A DNA stretch of 64,000 nt from NCBI GenBank assembly GCA_001794215.1, contig MGJK01000012.1, positions 80,818-144,817 of the forward strand. The letters are read 5' to 3'. The DNA comes from Candidatus Yanofskybacteria bacterium RIFCSPHIGHO2_01_FULL_44_24 (GTDB lineage Bacteria; Patescibacteriota; Minisyncoccia; 2-02-FULL-40-12; GWA2-44-9). The notes beneath the pieces are model-generated. The model was not told the origin of the DNA, did no database searches, and saw only the letters and a list, made by a program, of their open reading frames with translations. How positions within the stretch are numbered: position 1 is the first letter of the stretch; every line of letters begins with the position of its first letter. Below, piece after piece: positions 1 to 9,134 of the stretch. A program made the translations under genes and the position numbers.

Positions 1-237
1 GGGCGCCATCTTTACAATTAATGATTTAGAGCGAAAATACTATATAACAGGATCGGATATAACAAGATAGCCATTCAAAGAGCAGATAAATGAATGATAG
101 ATCTAGGGGCCGGTTGAATCGATAGGCAAAATAGTGATACAAGGTCATGAGTGATACAAGGTCAGGCGAGGCGGGGAAGGAGTAACTGTTTTATAAACTT
201 ATCGTAAGATAACTTTATAAAACATCATATTTACATC

Positions 238-759
238 ATGAGAGCAGATTTCATACCTCAATTCATAGGCGCCCTTATAGAAATCGGCAAAGAAATCCGG
301 GATATTTGGTCTTGGGAGTCTTTGTACTATAAGGGCATTAGGGTTAAGGGCTACGATCGTAGAAAGTTTTACAATGGTATTAAGAATTTAGAAAACCGCA
401 AATTGTTATATAAACATTCAAATGGCCGGTACGGACTTACAAAAAAAGGACACGGATGGTTTTCTGGTCGTTTACTAAAATTCCATAAAATCAGTCATAC
501 CCAATGGGACGGCAAGTGGCGGATTTTGATTTTTGATATTCCGCAGGAGCTACATAATAAAAGAAATTTACTGAGAGCCAAGCTTAAATCCCTCGGATTT
601 TATATGATTCAGAAGAGCGTATTTGCTTTTCCGTATCCTTGTGAAAAGGAGGTTTCAGCCTATGCCAATTACTTGGGTATCGCCGATTACTTAGATATTA
701 TTACCGCCTATAATTTAGGCATTGGGGAGCAAGCCGCTCGAAAGTTCTTTGCTTTATAA
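238..759 (+). CDS. PaaX-family-like regulator (winged-HTH N-terminus plus PaaX C-terminal-like domain)
   Basis: 173 aa. The C-terminal WDGKWRILIFDIPQ..R..LR..L..LGFYMIQKSVFAFP pattern is typical of the PaaX C-terminal domain. The N-terminal region is basic and wHTH-like. Confidence 0.5.
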   Translation: MRADFIPQFIGALIEIGKEIRDIWSWESLYYKGIRVKGYDRRKFYNGIKNLENRKLLYKHSNGRYGLTKKGHGWFSGRLLKFHKISHTQWDGKWRILIFDIPQELHNKRNLLRAKLKSLGFYMIQKSVFAFPYPCEKEVSAYANYLGIADYLDIITAYNLGIGEQAARKFFAL

Positions 760-847
760 TCTTATCGTACGCTATTTTATAAAGCATTAAATTTTTGATG
801 ATGTTTTGTATTTGATCTGGGGAATCCTTTTGGTATAATTGTAAAGT

Positions 848-1174
848 ATGAAAATTGATATGTATGCAAAAAATATGAGTTTAGACGGGCCGCTTAGGGT
901 CTTTATCGAAGATAGAATAGGCGGATTAGGAAAGTTTATCGGTAAAGGGCCGGTTGAGGCCCGGGTTGAGATAGGGCTTCCGTCAAAGCATCATCAGTCC
1001 GGCAAGATTTATTATGCCGAGGTTAATTTGAATATGGGCGGGAAACTGTTGCGGGCCACCTGTCAGCATGAAGATCTCCGCAACGCTATCGTTGATGTTA
1101 AGAATGAGCTGCAGAGACAGATCAAAAAGTTCAAAGACAAGAGGAAAGACTTATCAAGAACGCCCCATAAATGA
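848..1174 (+). CDS. hpf: Ribosome hibernation promoting factor / RaiA (short form)
   Basis: 108 aa. MKIDMYAKNMSL...VEIG...GKIYYAEVNLNMGG...LRNAIVDVKNELQRQIKKFKDK matches the HPF/YfiA sigma-54 modulation protein fold pattern. Confidence 0.8.
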   Translation: MKIDMYAKNMSLDGPLRVFIEDRIGGLGKFIGKGPVEARVEIGLPSKHHQSGKIYYAEVNLNMGGKLLRATCQHEDLRNAIVDVKNELQRQIKKFKDKRKDLSRTPHK

Positions 1175-3942
1175 TGGGGCTGTTTAATATTCGGACCATG
1201 TCGATATTAGGTAAAATATTCGGTGATGCTAATGAGCGATACATCAAATCGCTTCAGCCGACAGTCGATCGGATCAATGAACTCGAAAAAGAATACGAGA
1301 AGCTTTCAGACGAAGAGCTAAAAGCCGAAAGCCTAAAGTTTAAAGCCAGATTGGCCGAAGGAGAAACTCTTGATGACATTCTTCCTAAAGCGTTTACGGC
1401 GGTTCGGGAAGCTTCAAAAAGAACTTTGGGCCAGAGGCATTTCGATGTTCAGTTAATGGGAGGGATCTCTTTGCATCGGGGGAAGATAGCCGAGATGCGC
1501 ACCGGAGAAGGAAAGACCCTTGTAGCGACATTACCGGCGTATCTTAACGCTCTTACCGGAAAAGGAGTCCATTTGGTCACGGTTAATGATTATTTGGCTC
1601 GTCGTGATGGAGCCTGGATGGGTCAGATTTATAATGCCCTTGGCTTATCGGTAGGATGTATCAACCACGACTCGAGCTATCTCTATGACGAAAGCCATAC
1701 AAAAAATCCTAAATCCAAAATCCTAAATCCTAAATCCAAAACAGCTTCCAATTCAGAGAGTTCGGATTTAGATATTAGTGCTTTGGATTTGGACCACGAG
1801 CGTGATACGCTTGGGTCCTTCCATGTCGTTCATGAATTTTTAAGGCCGGTATCAAGACGCGAAGCCTATAGCGCGGATATTACTTACGGGACAAACAATG
1901 AGTACGGTTTTGATTATCTGAGAGATAATATGGTTCACAGTTCGGAGCAGATGGTTCAGCGCCAGGGAGGACATAATTTTGCCATTGTCGATGAAGTGGA
2001 CTCCATTTTAATTGATGAAGCCCGGACTCCTTTGATTATTTCCGCTCCCGATACAGATTCCACGAAATTGTACGAGACTTTTTCCAGGGTGGTGCCGAGA
2101 TTGGTTGAAAATCAGGATTATAACGTCGATGAAAAGTTAAAGGCAGTTTCCATAACCGAAAGCGGGATCGAAAAGGTTGAAAAGATGTTAAACCTCTCAA
2201 ATATCTATGAGGAAGGCGGCGTTCGCTATGTGCATCATTTAGAGCAAGCCCTAAAGGCCAATATATTATTTAAGCGTGACAAGGATTATGTGGTAAAGGA
2301 CGGTGAAATTATCATTGTCGACGAATTCACCGGACGGTTAATGCCCGGCCGGAGGTGGTCAGAGGGTCTTCATCAGGCTGTCGAAGCCAAAGAAGGCGTA
2401 AGCGTTCAGAAAGAATCCCGCACATTGGCTACTATCACATTTCAGAATTATTTTCGTTTATATAAAAAGCTTGGAGGTATGACCGGAACCGGGCAGACGT
2501 CGGCCGAGGAATTTCATAAAGTTTACAACATCGATGTGGTGACCATCCCGACCAATAAGCCGATGATGCGTCAGGACCATCCGGATATGATTTACAAGAA
2601 TGAAGTCGGAAAGTTCCGGGCTATTGTCAATGAAATTAAAGCGAGAAACCAAAAAGGCCAGCCTGTTCTTGTCGGCACCGTTTCCATAGATAAAAATGAA
2701 ACTCTTTCCATGATGTTAAGGCGGGAAGGAATTGAGCATAATATTCTGAATGCAAAGAATCACGAGAAAGAGGCAGAAATTATCGCTCAGGCCGGGCGAG
2801 CCGGAGGAGTAACCGTCGCTACAAACATGGCCGGCCGGGGAGTGGACATAATTTTAGGAGGCAATCCTTCTGATCCGGAAGAAGCTAAAAGGGTGCGTGA
2901 TCTTGGCGGTCTTCATGTCATTGGAACGGAGCGTCATGAGGCTCGAAGAATTGACGATCAGCTCAGGGGCAGGGCCGGCAGGCAGGGTGATCCCGGATCT
3001 TCCCAATTTTTCATTTCCACTGAAGACGAAGTCGCAAGGATATTCGGCGGAGACAGGATGAAGAACATCATGGAGACCCTGGGGGTGGGGGAGGATGATG
3101 TCATCCAGAATAGTTTTATTTCTCGGGCCATACAGCAGGCTCAGTCGAAAATTGAGGGGCACAATTTTGATATCAGAAAATATGTTCTTGAATACGATGA
3201 TGTGATGAATAAGCATCGGGAGACGATTTATGGGTTAAGGAAGAGCGTCTTGTTTTCGGAAGATAATCGGGAAGTTGTCAGGGGATATCTGCGCAATCAG
3301 ATCAATAACTTAGTGGATTTTCACTTGGCAGAATCACAGGTCAACTCTGATAACGGAATAAATGTTAAGGAAATAGCCGAGTCCGTTAAGTCGATGGCCG
3401 GAATTGAACTTTCTTCACAGCTAACTGAAGTCGTTGAAGAGAATGATCCTGAAAAAATAAAGGACCTGATAAATGAACAACTCGAAGCCGCGTACAATAC
3501 GAAAGAAAAAGAAGTCGGAGCCGATAATATGAGGCGCCTTGAGAAGCTGGTTCTCTTAAGAACCGCGGACGAACTATGGGTTGATCATATTGATGCCATG
3601 GAATATTTGCGGGACTCGGTAAGATTGAGAGCCTACGGTCAGCGCGATCCGTTAGTGGAGTATAAGATTGAAGGCCAGAAGATGTTTGAACAACTCACTC
3701 AATCGTTAGAGTCACAGGTTGCCAACCTCATATTTAAAGTCGGATTTATCGAGAAGCCTCGTGAGGTTAAGGTGGAAGAAAGAAGGCCCAATATTCTGAA
3801 TGATGAATTAAGAAGCAAGAATAATGATTCGGATAAACAAAATCATAGTTCTAAGACCCAATCTCATAATTCATCTTTAGGCCGGAATGATCCTTGTTTC
3901 TGTGGATCGGGGAAGAAGTATAAGAAATGCCATGGTAAGTAA
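1171..3942 (+). CDS. secA: Preprotein translocase ATPase SecA, with an about 60-aa low-complexity insertion and a C-terminal SEC-C zinc motif
   Basis: 923 aa. Canonical SecA motifs are present (GKIAEMRTGEGKTLVATLPAYLNAL, DEVDSILIDEARTPLIIS, the C-terminal CFCGSGKKYKKCHGK). The insertion KNPKSKILNPKSK...SALDLDHERDTL lies between the LSVGCINHD and AYSADITYGTNNEYGFDYLRDNM blocks. Confidence 0.95.
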   Translation: MMGLFNIRTMSILGKIFGDANERYIKSLQPTVDRINELEKEYEKLSDEELKAESLKFKARLAEGETLDDILPKAFTAVREASKRTLGQRHFDVQLMGGISLHRGKIAEMRTGEGKTLVATLPAYLNALTGKGVHLVTVNDYLARRDGAWMGQIYNALGLSVGCINHDSSYLYDESHTKNPKSKILNPKSKTASNSESSDLDISALDLDHERDTLGSFHVVHEFLRPVSRREAYSADITYGTNNEYGFDYLRDNMVHSSEQMVQRQGGHNFAIVDEVDSILIDEARTPLIISAPDTDSTKLYETFSRVVPRLVENQDYNVDEKLKAVSITESGIEKVEKMLNLSNIYEEGGVRYVHHLEQALKANILFKRDKDYVVKDGEIIIVDEFTGRLMPGRRWSEGLHQAVEAKEGVSVQKESRTLATITFQNYFRLYKKLGGMTGTGQTSAEEFHKVYNIDVVTIPTNKPMMRQDHPDMIYKNEVGKFRAIVNEIKARNQKGQPVLVGTVSIDKNETLSMMLRREGIEHNILNAKNHEKEAEIIAQAGRAGGVTVATNMAGRGVDIILGGNPSDPEEAKRVRDLGGLHVIGTERHEARRIDDQLRGRAGRQGDPGSSQFFISTEDEVARIFGGDRMKNIMETLGVGEDDVIQNSFISRAIQQAQSKIEGHNFDIRKYVLEYDDVMNKHRETIYGLRKSVLFSEDNREVVRGYLRNQINNLVDFHLAESQVNSDNGINVKEIAESVKSMAGIELSSQLTEVVEENDPEKIKDLINEQLEAAYNTKEKEVGADNMRRLEKLVLLRTADELWVDHIDAMEYLRDSVRLRAYGQRDPLVEYKIEGQKMFEQLTQSLESQVANLIFKVGFIEKPREVKVEERRPNILNDELRSKNNDSDKQNHSSKTQSHNSSLGRNDPCFCGSGKKYKKCHGK

Positions 3943-3948
3943 AATAGT

Positions 3949-4605
3949 ATGGTTAATAAAGAAAAATTAGGCGAGCCGATTGGGGTTGGCGGGGAGAAAA
4001 AAGTATACCAAGACCCGAAAAACCCTGATCGAGTAGTGGGAATTTTTAGAGAGCATATCGAAGAAACGCCCAATCAGATTAAAGCTCGATTTTATCTTAC
4101 AAAAATCCTGCACCTCTTATTTCCCAAAAATATCCCCGACATGCATTGGGCCGGAAGTGAGCCTAATGCATATCAGGCAGATAGAAAAGAGCACGACGAA
4201 AGGCATGCCACATTACGAGATTATGTGTTGTCCGGGGAGGGCGATAAATATATAGGTATGTCCGTTGAGGTCAAGAAAGACTTAGAAAGAAAAGCGGACG
4301 ACGCTTTCCAGGAGCATATAAAAGATAAGGATGTAAGAAGTTTCGTAGATAGGTTGGATGAATTAGGGATCAGGTCAACCGATATGGCATCAGTTAACTT
4401 TTCGAAAGACCCCGGGGGTAACGTCTTATATCTCGATACTTTTTATGTCTGGAAAAGGAACATGTATGACAGGCTCCAATTATTTTGTGATTTCGATAAA
4501 TTAGAGAACGCATTTGCGCAGTTGCCAGAGGCCGATCGGGCGAAGGCCAAGAATTATTTATCACGATTGAAAAAACTTTATGAGGAAGAAAGTAATTCCA
4601 AATAA
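3949..4605 (+). CDS. Hypothetical protein
   Basis: 218-aa ORF with no recognisable motif. It sits tightly packed between secA and the epimerase gene. Confidence 0.4.
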   Translation: MVNKEKLGEPIGVGGEKKVYQDPKNPDRVVGIFREHIEETPNQIKARFYLTKILHLLFPKNIPDMHWAGSEPNAYQADRKEHDERHATLRDYVLSGEGDKYIGMSVEVKKDLERKADDAFQEHIKDKDVRSFVDRLDELGIRSTDMASVNFSKDPGGNVLYLDTFYVWKRNMYDRLQLFCDFDKLENAFAQLPEADRAKAKNYLSRLKKLYEEESNSK

Positions 4606-5584
4606 TTTCTCTAATTATACAAAAGATGCCATGGGAAGTAATAAAATAAAAGTGGTTGTTACCGGCGGAGCCGGATTTATCGGCTCTAATTTAGTTGATG
4701 CCTTGGTAGGCGAAGGCTTTGATGTCCATGTGATTGATAATCTATCGAATGGAAAAAGGGGGAATGTAAATAAGAAGGCTCAACTGCATATTCAGGATAT
4801 TGCTGATATTAAAAACATCCAGCCGATAATAAACGGCGCCGAATATGTTTTTCATTTAGCGGCACTGCCTCGGGTTCAGTATTCCATCGAGAACCCCATC
4901 GAAAGCGATACGGCTAATGTAAGGGGGACGTTGAATGTCCTGGTTGCCTCTAAGAATGCCGGCGTAAAAAGAGTTATATATTCGGCCTCAAGCTCTGCCT
5001 ATGGCGACCAAAAGAAAATGCCACTCAAAGAGACAATGACCCCTTCTCCCAAAAGCCCCTACGGACTTCAAAAATATATTGGCGAATTATATTGTAAACT
5101 ATGGAGCGAAATTTATGGCTTACCGACTGTTTGTTTGCGCTACTTTAACGTTTACGGTCCTCGCCAGAATTCAGAAGGAGCCTATGCGCTTGTGATTGCT
5201 AAGTTTTTTAAGCAGTTATCCGGCGGTAAACCGATGACGATAACGGGCGACGGAAAACAAACCAGGGACTTCACGAGCGTCCATGATATTGTTCGGGCAA
5301 ATATTTTGGCTATGAAAAGCAATAAGGTGGGCAGGGGAGAGTCTATTAATATCGGGGCCGGCAGGAACCAGTCGATAGATGAAATAGCCCGGCTAATCGG
5401 CGGACCTAAGAAATATATTTCAGCCCGGCTGGAACCTCATGACACTTTAGCCGACAACTCTTTGGCCCAACAACTTTTAGGCTGGAGGCCGAAGGTTAGT
5501 ATTGAAGATGGGATAGAAGAATTAAAGAGCCACCCCTGTCTGTGCGGTTCTATGGAAAAGTTTAAAGAGTGTCATGGGATATAA
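4580..5584 (+). CDS. NAD-dependent epimerase/dehydratase (UDP-sugar 4-epimerase-like) with an appended C-terminal SEC-C metal-binding motif
   Basis: Rossmann motif VVVTGGAGFIGSNLVDAL and the YxxxK catalytic region (SPYGLQKYIGE). The final 17 residues, HPCLCGSMEKFKECHGI, match the SEC-C CxCGSxxK[FY]KxCHG motif. Confidence 0.85.
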   Translation: MRKKVIPNNFSNYTKDAMGSNKIKVVVTGGAGFIGSNLVDALVGEGFDVHVIDNLSNGKRGNVNKKAQLHIQDIADIKNIQPIINGAEYVFHLAALPRVQYSIENPIESDTANVRGTLNVLVASKNAGVKRVIYSASSSAYGDQKKMPLKETMTPSPKSPYGLQKYIGELYCKLWSEIYGLPTVCLRYFNVYGPRQNSEGAYALVIAKFFKQLSGGKPMTITGDGKQTRDFTSVHDIVRANILAMKSNKVGRGESINIGAGRNQSIDEIARLIGGPKKYISARLEPHDTLADNSLAQQLLGWRPKVSIEDGIEELKSHPCLCGSMEKFKECHGI

Positions 5585-6110
5585 AAACATGGTTGGATTA
5601 AAACGAGGAATGGTAAAATTAGTACCGCATAATCCCGAATGGGACGAGTTGTTTCAGTCGGAGAGGATGAAGTTACTTAAAGTATTTGGTGATCTTGTTG
5701 TGGATATCCAACACATAGGCAGTACCGCAATTCCCACCATACCAGCGAAGCCCATAATTGATATTGCCATTTTGGTGAAATTGCTTAAAGAAGTTAATAA
5801 TTATGTAGAAAAGATAGGGAGGTTAGGATATCAAAAAAAGCAGGAAAATAGACCAGAAAGATTGTTTTTTACGAAAGGGCCAGAAGACAATAGAATTGTT
5901 TACCTGCATGTTGGGGACGATAGTACGAATTACATTAAGGATATGATTCTATTTCGAGATTACCTGATACAGAATCCAAGGGAAGCTAAAAGATACGCAG
6001 ATTTTAAACAGGAATTGGCAGAAAAATTTGCAGATAATCGTGAACCATATACTGCCGCGAAAGAAAAGTTCGTTCAGGAAGCGATTGATAGGGCGAAGGC
6101 GTCAAGGTAA
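5574..6110 (+). CDS. GrpB/UPF0157 family nucleotidyltransferase-like protein
   Basis: 178 aa. LVPHNPEWDELFQ...IQHIGSTAIPTIPAKPIIDIAILV is the GrpB signature. Confidence 0.75.
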   Translation: MGYKNMVGLKRGMVKLVPHNPEWDELFQSERMKLLKVFGDLVVDIQHIGSTAIPTIPAKPIIDIAILVKLLKEVNNYVEKIGRLGYQKKQENRPERLFFTKGPEDNRIVYLHVGDDSTNYIKDMILFRDYLIQNPREAKRYADFKQELAEKFADNREPYTAAKEKFVQEAIDRAKASR

Positions 6111-6126
6111 ATAAAAAAGCCCGAAT

Positions 6127-6294
6127 TCATCGGTCTGGGAACAGGCGATCTTTGATGGGAGCAATGCGCTGGGCTCTTTCGCGTACGTCTTCTTCGTCCA
6201 GTTCATCGGTGGGCCGGCCATTCCATAATATTTCAATTTGTTGATCAGAATAATCGTATTCTTTCAGTATTTCTGCGAATCTTTCTCGAGTCAT
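6127..6294 (-). CDS. Small hypothetical ORF (55 aa), hand-called
   Basis: ATG...TGA ORF MTRERFAEILKEYDYSDQQIEILWNGRPTDELDEEDVRERAQRIAPIKDRLFPDR, convergent with grpB. Not in the ORF track (under 60 aa) and shows no homology signal. Confidence 0.2.
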   Translation of the reverse strand: MTRERFAEILKEYDYSDQQIEILWNGRPTDELDEEDVRERAQRIAPIKDRLFPDR

Positions 6295-6381
6295 TCCATG
6301 TCTCCAGAAAATCTAAATTCGCATGAGGATTCTATCAGATCAAGTTCGGACGGTCAATAAATACCGAAATTAATAAATGTC

Positions 6382-6876
6382 ATGGATTATCTAAAAGATC
6401 AAAAAGAAAAAGATGCCATCAAGTGGATGAATCAAGCGGCCAAGATGGCCGAGAAGGCTTTGTGTTTCAAGGCCAAGTGCGGAACGGTTATCGTGAAAGA
6501 CGGCGAGGTTATCGGCGAGGGGTACAATGCGCCGCCATTGGATAGGGAAGAAAATAGAACATGCGATAAGGAGTTCGGTTTTGGCAAGCCTAAGTATGAC
6601 CGAACTTGTTGTATGCATGCTGAGTGGAGAGCTATTATGGATGCCTTAAAGACTAATCCTGAGAAAATAATGGGATCGAAGCTTTACTTCACGAGAGTAG
6701 ACAACGGCGGGAAGCTTAAAAAGTCCGGCAAGCCTTATTGTACTGTCTGCAGTCGCATGGCTTTGGATGCGGGGATTGATAAATTTATTTTGTGGCATGA
6801 AAAGGGGATATGCGAATATGACACCGAGGAATATAACAGGCTTTCCTACGGTTATGTTCATGAAAATCGAATATAA
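6382..6876 (+). CDS. CMP/dCMP-type zinc deaminase family protein
   Basis: The CMHAEWRAI (H-A-E) and PYCTVCSRMALDAGI (PCxxC) motifs are characteristic of the cytidine/deoxycytidylate deaminase zinc site. Confidence 0.65.
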   Translation: MDYLKDQKEKDAIKWMNQAAKMAEKALCFKAKCGTVIVKDGEVIGEGYNAPPLDREENRTCDKEFGFGKPKYDRTCCMHAEWRAIMDALKTNPEKIMGSKLYFTRVDNGGKLKKSGKPYCTVCSRMALDAGIDKFILWHEKGICEYDTEEYNRLSYGYVHENRI

Positions 6877-6897
6877 AGGCTAAGAAAAAATTATCTT

Positions 6898-7110
6898 GAG
6901 GGCACGGTGTAAAAGTCACTCAGCCTTGGCTTATTCGAGGTACGCCATAAAGACGCTTTGCTTCAACCTATTCAGGGCACGGCATAGATTTTTGCTAAAA
7001 TCTTGCCTTTTACTCCCGCCAGTCGCGGTCCGTAAATCCCTTCATAGGTTGAAGCCTCGCTTAGGGTTTTAAATAAAGGTCAGCGCAAATCCTCTCATAA
7101 GCCAAGGCTT
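6898..7110. repeat. Modular intergenic repeat element, locus A (members of a dispersed family; see loci B-D)
   Basis: Segment 6971-7040 is 69/70 identical to the reverse complement of 48426-48495. Segment 6900-6940 is 39/41 identical to the reverse complement of 48526-48566. A ccgc-cagtc-gcgg hairpin is followed by tccgtaaatccc. Confidence 0.8.
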
Positions 7111-7183
7111 CGTTATTATTTTCCGCAAGTCCCTCTAAATAGCTCTTCTTTGCTATATAATAGTTGATATCAAGCCAATAAAT

Positions 7184-7381
7184 ATGAGGCCGATACTTTG
7201 GGGAATAATTGTTCTGGTTCTTAGCGCAATCGGATGGGTAATCTCCGTGGTTTTGAATGTGGTCACCTTGGGCAGTTTAAGGTGGGTCAGCAATATGTTC
7301 GGCATAATTGCTCTGTTCAGCATACCCGCGTCCGTAATATGGGAAATTATCAGAAAAAAGAGGGTTAGGCCGGGAGATTAG
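7184..7381 (+). CDS. Small hydrophobic membrane protein, hypothetical
   Basis: 65-aa ORF with two predicted transmembrane helices. Confidence 0.35.
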   Translation: MRPILWGIIVLVLSAIGWVISVVLNVVTLGSLRWVSNMFGIIALFSIPASVIWEIIRKKRVRPGD

Positions 7382-7447
7382 CCCGATGCATCAAGGCGTG
7401 GATAAGATCTTTGCCGTTAGCCGGCTCTTTTGATACAATGAGACCGT

Positions 7448-7864
7448 ATGAAATCCCTGTGGACAATCACCGCTCTTGCGGGTTTCCTGTCCCTCTCTAT
7501 TTTTGGGCTATGGTTAATGCCATATAGTCCGAACCACGATCATCGTTGTTTGGCGGCTTTTATTAATAACGCCAAGTCGCCATGTCCCGAGGAAGATCCT
7601 ATGGGATTTGCCAATTTTCACGGCGGTGCTCTCAAGAAGATAAGCTTAAGCATAGCCGGCGGATTAGAGGATCTGGGTGCGGCGTTCTTTGCCATAGTCC
7701 TGATGCTTGGTTATCTTTTCTGGGCTGATGGAAAGACCGGACTCAAGTTTGCGGGGCCATATTGTTATCAATCCGTATCGGCCAATCCTTCGCCCCCTGC
7801 GGCAGAGTTAGTTTGGTTAGCCCTTCATGAAAACAGCGGTCCAGGGCCTGCATATTTTAGATAG
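7448..7864 (+). CDS. Hypothetical membrane/secreted protein
   Basis: 138 aa with an N-terminal hydrophobic segment and no recognisable motif. Confidence 0.4.
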   Translation: MKSLWTITALAGFLSLSIFGLWLMPYSPNHDHRCLAAFINNAKSPCPEEDPMGFANFHGGALKKISLSIAGGLEDLGAAFFAIVLMLGYLFWADGKTGLKFAGPYCYQSVSANPSPPAAELVWLALHENSGPGPAYFR

Positions 7865-8053
7865 CTTTCGATGGAGACGCGATCATCATTCGTTGGCTAT
7901 CTAAAACTTGGAGGCCTTTTTGTTTTCAAAGACAGCCGTAAATGATCAAAAACATATTACAAAATCCGATAAAAACTCTTGCCCTTTCCGGAACTATAGT
8001 TGCCGGAATAGTGTTTTTGGCGGAGGTTATAATCATGTTCAGAAATCTATAAA

Positions 8054-8680
8054 ATGAATTACAAAACCAGGCAGTTACTAAAAAGGGGCGGGTTCTTAGT
8101 GGGTTTTGGCCTGCTGATCTTCGTAATCTATTGGACAAGCCAGAGCCTGTCTAAGCTTCAAGATTCTACGTCAGGCGGCCTTATACCCAAGGAATCTGTG
8201 GCTACTTTGGTGGAGTACAGCGATTTTCAGTGTCCGGCATGCGGACTTTATTATCCTTTCGTGAAACAGCTTAAAGAAGAAATGGGTGATAAGTTGGCCG
8301 TAGTTTATAAGCACTTTCCTTTGCGGACAATACACAAAAATGCTGATTTGGCTGCCCGGGCTTCGGAAGCGGCCCGATTGCAGGGTAGGTTTTGGGAGAT
8401 GCACAATATGATTTTTGAAAAACAAAAAGAATGGTCTGACTCCGATCAGGTTCTTTCCCTTATGACTGCTTATGCCGTTTCTTTGAGGATTGATCAGGAC
8501 AGATTCTTGGCCGATATTAATTCCAATACGGCCAGAGACAGGATTGACAACGATTATCAGGAGGGGATGCGCTTGGGAGTCAGGGGTACTCCGACGTTCT
8601 TTCTGAACGGCAAAAAAATAATTAATCCGAGAAGCTATGATGAATTTAAATCAATCGTTGAACAATCAATCCGGCGGTAA
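8054..8680 (+). CDS. DsbA-like thiol:disulfide oxidoreductase (thioredoxin fold)
   Basis: N-terminal transmembrane helix. CPAC active-site motif in the context YSDFQCPACGLYYP. The C-terminal GVRGTPTFFLNG is a cis-Pro loop pattern. Confidence 0.8.
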   Translation: MNYKTRQLLKRGGFLVGFGLLIFVIYWTSQSLSKLQDSTSGGLIPKESVATLVEYSDFQCPACGLYYPFVKQLKEEMGDKLAVVYKHFPLRTIHKNADLAARASEAARLQGRFWEMHNMIFEKQKEWSDSDQVLSLMTAYAVSLRIDQDRFLADINSNTARDRIDNDYQEGMRLGVRGTPTFFLNGKKIINPRSYDEFKSIVEQSIRR

Positions 8681-9134
8681 GCTATGGCTTAGAGTTATTA
8701 CCATTGTCGCGCTGATCGGGGTGGCCGATACGGTTTATCTAACCGCAGATCGTTACTTCGGGACAGGGGTTCAGTGTTTTCTTTTGGAGGGATGCGAGAT
8801 CGTGCTGAAGAGTCCGTATTCCGAGATGTTCAGCATACCGCTATCTGTTTTCGGCCTCTTATTCTACGGTGCGATTTTTATCTTGGCCAATATAGCCGAT
8901 ATATACCGCCAGCGGATCCTTGTTCAGCTGTTATTCGGAGCCGGTGTAGTCGGATTTATTTTCTCACTTTACTTTCTTTATCTGCAATTGTTCATTATTA
9001 AGGCCCTATGTCCGTATTGCCTTGCGTCTCTTGCCTCGTCGACTGTTATTTTTGTCTCTGCTTTTGTCTTATGGAAGAGGGGCTTTGGCGGCGGATCGGC
9101 CGGCGTTCATAACTCATACCAGATAACACCATGA
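8637..9134 (+). CDS. Vitamin K epoxide reductase (VKOR) family membrane protein
   Basis: Multi-transmembrane protein with loop cysteines (CFLLEGC) and a CPYC motif in a transmembrane helix. It overlaps and follows the dsbA-like gene, as in bacterial DsbA-VKOR pairs. Confidence 0.65.
   Translation: MMNLNQSLNNQSGGKLWLRVITIVALIGVADTVYLTADRYFGTGVQCFLLEGCEIVLKSPYSEMFSIPLSVFGLLFYGAIFILANIADIYRQRILVQLLFGAGVVGFIFSLYFLYLQLFIIKALCPYCLASLASSTVIFVSAFVLWKRGFGGGSAGVHNSYQITP

Noticed and set aside
2458-3216. Minus-strand ORFs 2458-2652 and 2854-3216 inside secA
   Set aside because: They lie entirely antisense within a highly conserved, confidently called secA reading frame and have no motifs. They are shadow ORFs.
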